Source of the DNA: Octopus sinensis | Lineage: Eukaryota | Length of the DNA: 64,000 bases | Reading direction: 5' to 3' | NCBI RefSeq assembly: GCF_006345805.1 | Contig: NC_043003.1 | Location: forward strand, 81,964,001 to 82,028,000 | Shown here: piece after piece, positions 63,598 through 64,000 of the stretch | How the letters are laid out: each line of letters begins with the position of its first letter | Numbering within the stretch: position 1 is the stretch's first letter | Made by a program: the position numbers and the translations under genes | Notes under the pieces: generated by a model | Database searches by the model: none | What the model was told of the DNA's origin: nothing | Seen by the model: the letters and a program-made list of their open reading frames with translations, nothing else

Positions 63598-64000
63598 TAT
63601 CTTCTTTTAACTATAATCCTTTAAATCTTAAGAAGGTTTTGCAGATTTTTATACTCCTTGATATGTCATCATTTGTATCATATGAATTAAGGATTTGAAT
63701 TTTCAGCCATATTTTGTTCCAGATGGGTTGGTATATATCCTGTTGCTCCTATAATAATGGGTACGAATCTTGGGTATTGGATTTGCAAACACTTTGTCAA
63801 TGGTCCATAGATGTCACTTTCTCTTGTATATTTCTCGCCACATTTCTCTCCATGCTTACGCATGTGTGTATGTATATATGTATGTATGTATGTATATATT
63901 TGGCATTATATTAATTTATGAAAGTTTTACATTTTTTTTTCAAAATATTTCACTATATAAATTTTGTAATTTCTCTTTGTATTTACTTTGGATAAATATT

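Overview
AT-rich, microsatellite-dense eukaryotic DNA. The SINE families and the (TA)n/(GATA)n/(AAT)n density resemble octopus/cephalopod genomes; this is inference from pattern recognition, not a search. No host protein-coding gene can be called with confidence, and there is no rRNA, functional tRNA or CRISPR array. Most long ORFs in the track are microsatellite artefacts or retroelement remnants. The window is mostly decayed mobile DNA: about 20 tRNA-derived SINE copies (several nested or modular), LINE remnants of the L1/Tx1, CR1-like, RTE-like, R4/Dong and CRE types, a Helitron fragment, a dead Tc1 with an IR/DR end, and pogo- and hAT-type MITEs. The most interesting layer is ribozyme-related. 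(1) A complete, canonical type I hammerhead lies on the minus strand at 20829-20927, inside a ~120-bp inverted repeat whose other arm lacks the catalytic CUGAUGA. (2) Three copies of a minimal hammerhead family carry an A6U core variant. (3) Three sequence-unrelated, non-coding direct-repeat elements beside TA tracts (periods ~0.8, 0.84 and 0.62 kb) share the geometry GAAA-N24-CTGNNGA, suggesting tandem hammerhead cassettes in retrozyme-like or non-autonomous Penelope-like elements. Other unexplained structures are a 3.2-kb imperfect palindrome with tRNA-like heads at its centre, a perfect 78-bp hairpin, a nested-inverted-repeat element and a CpG-rich island. All folds and alignments were done by eye.
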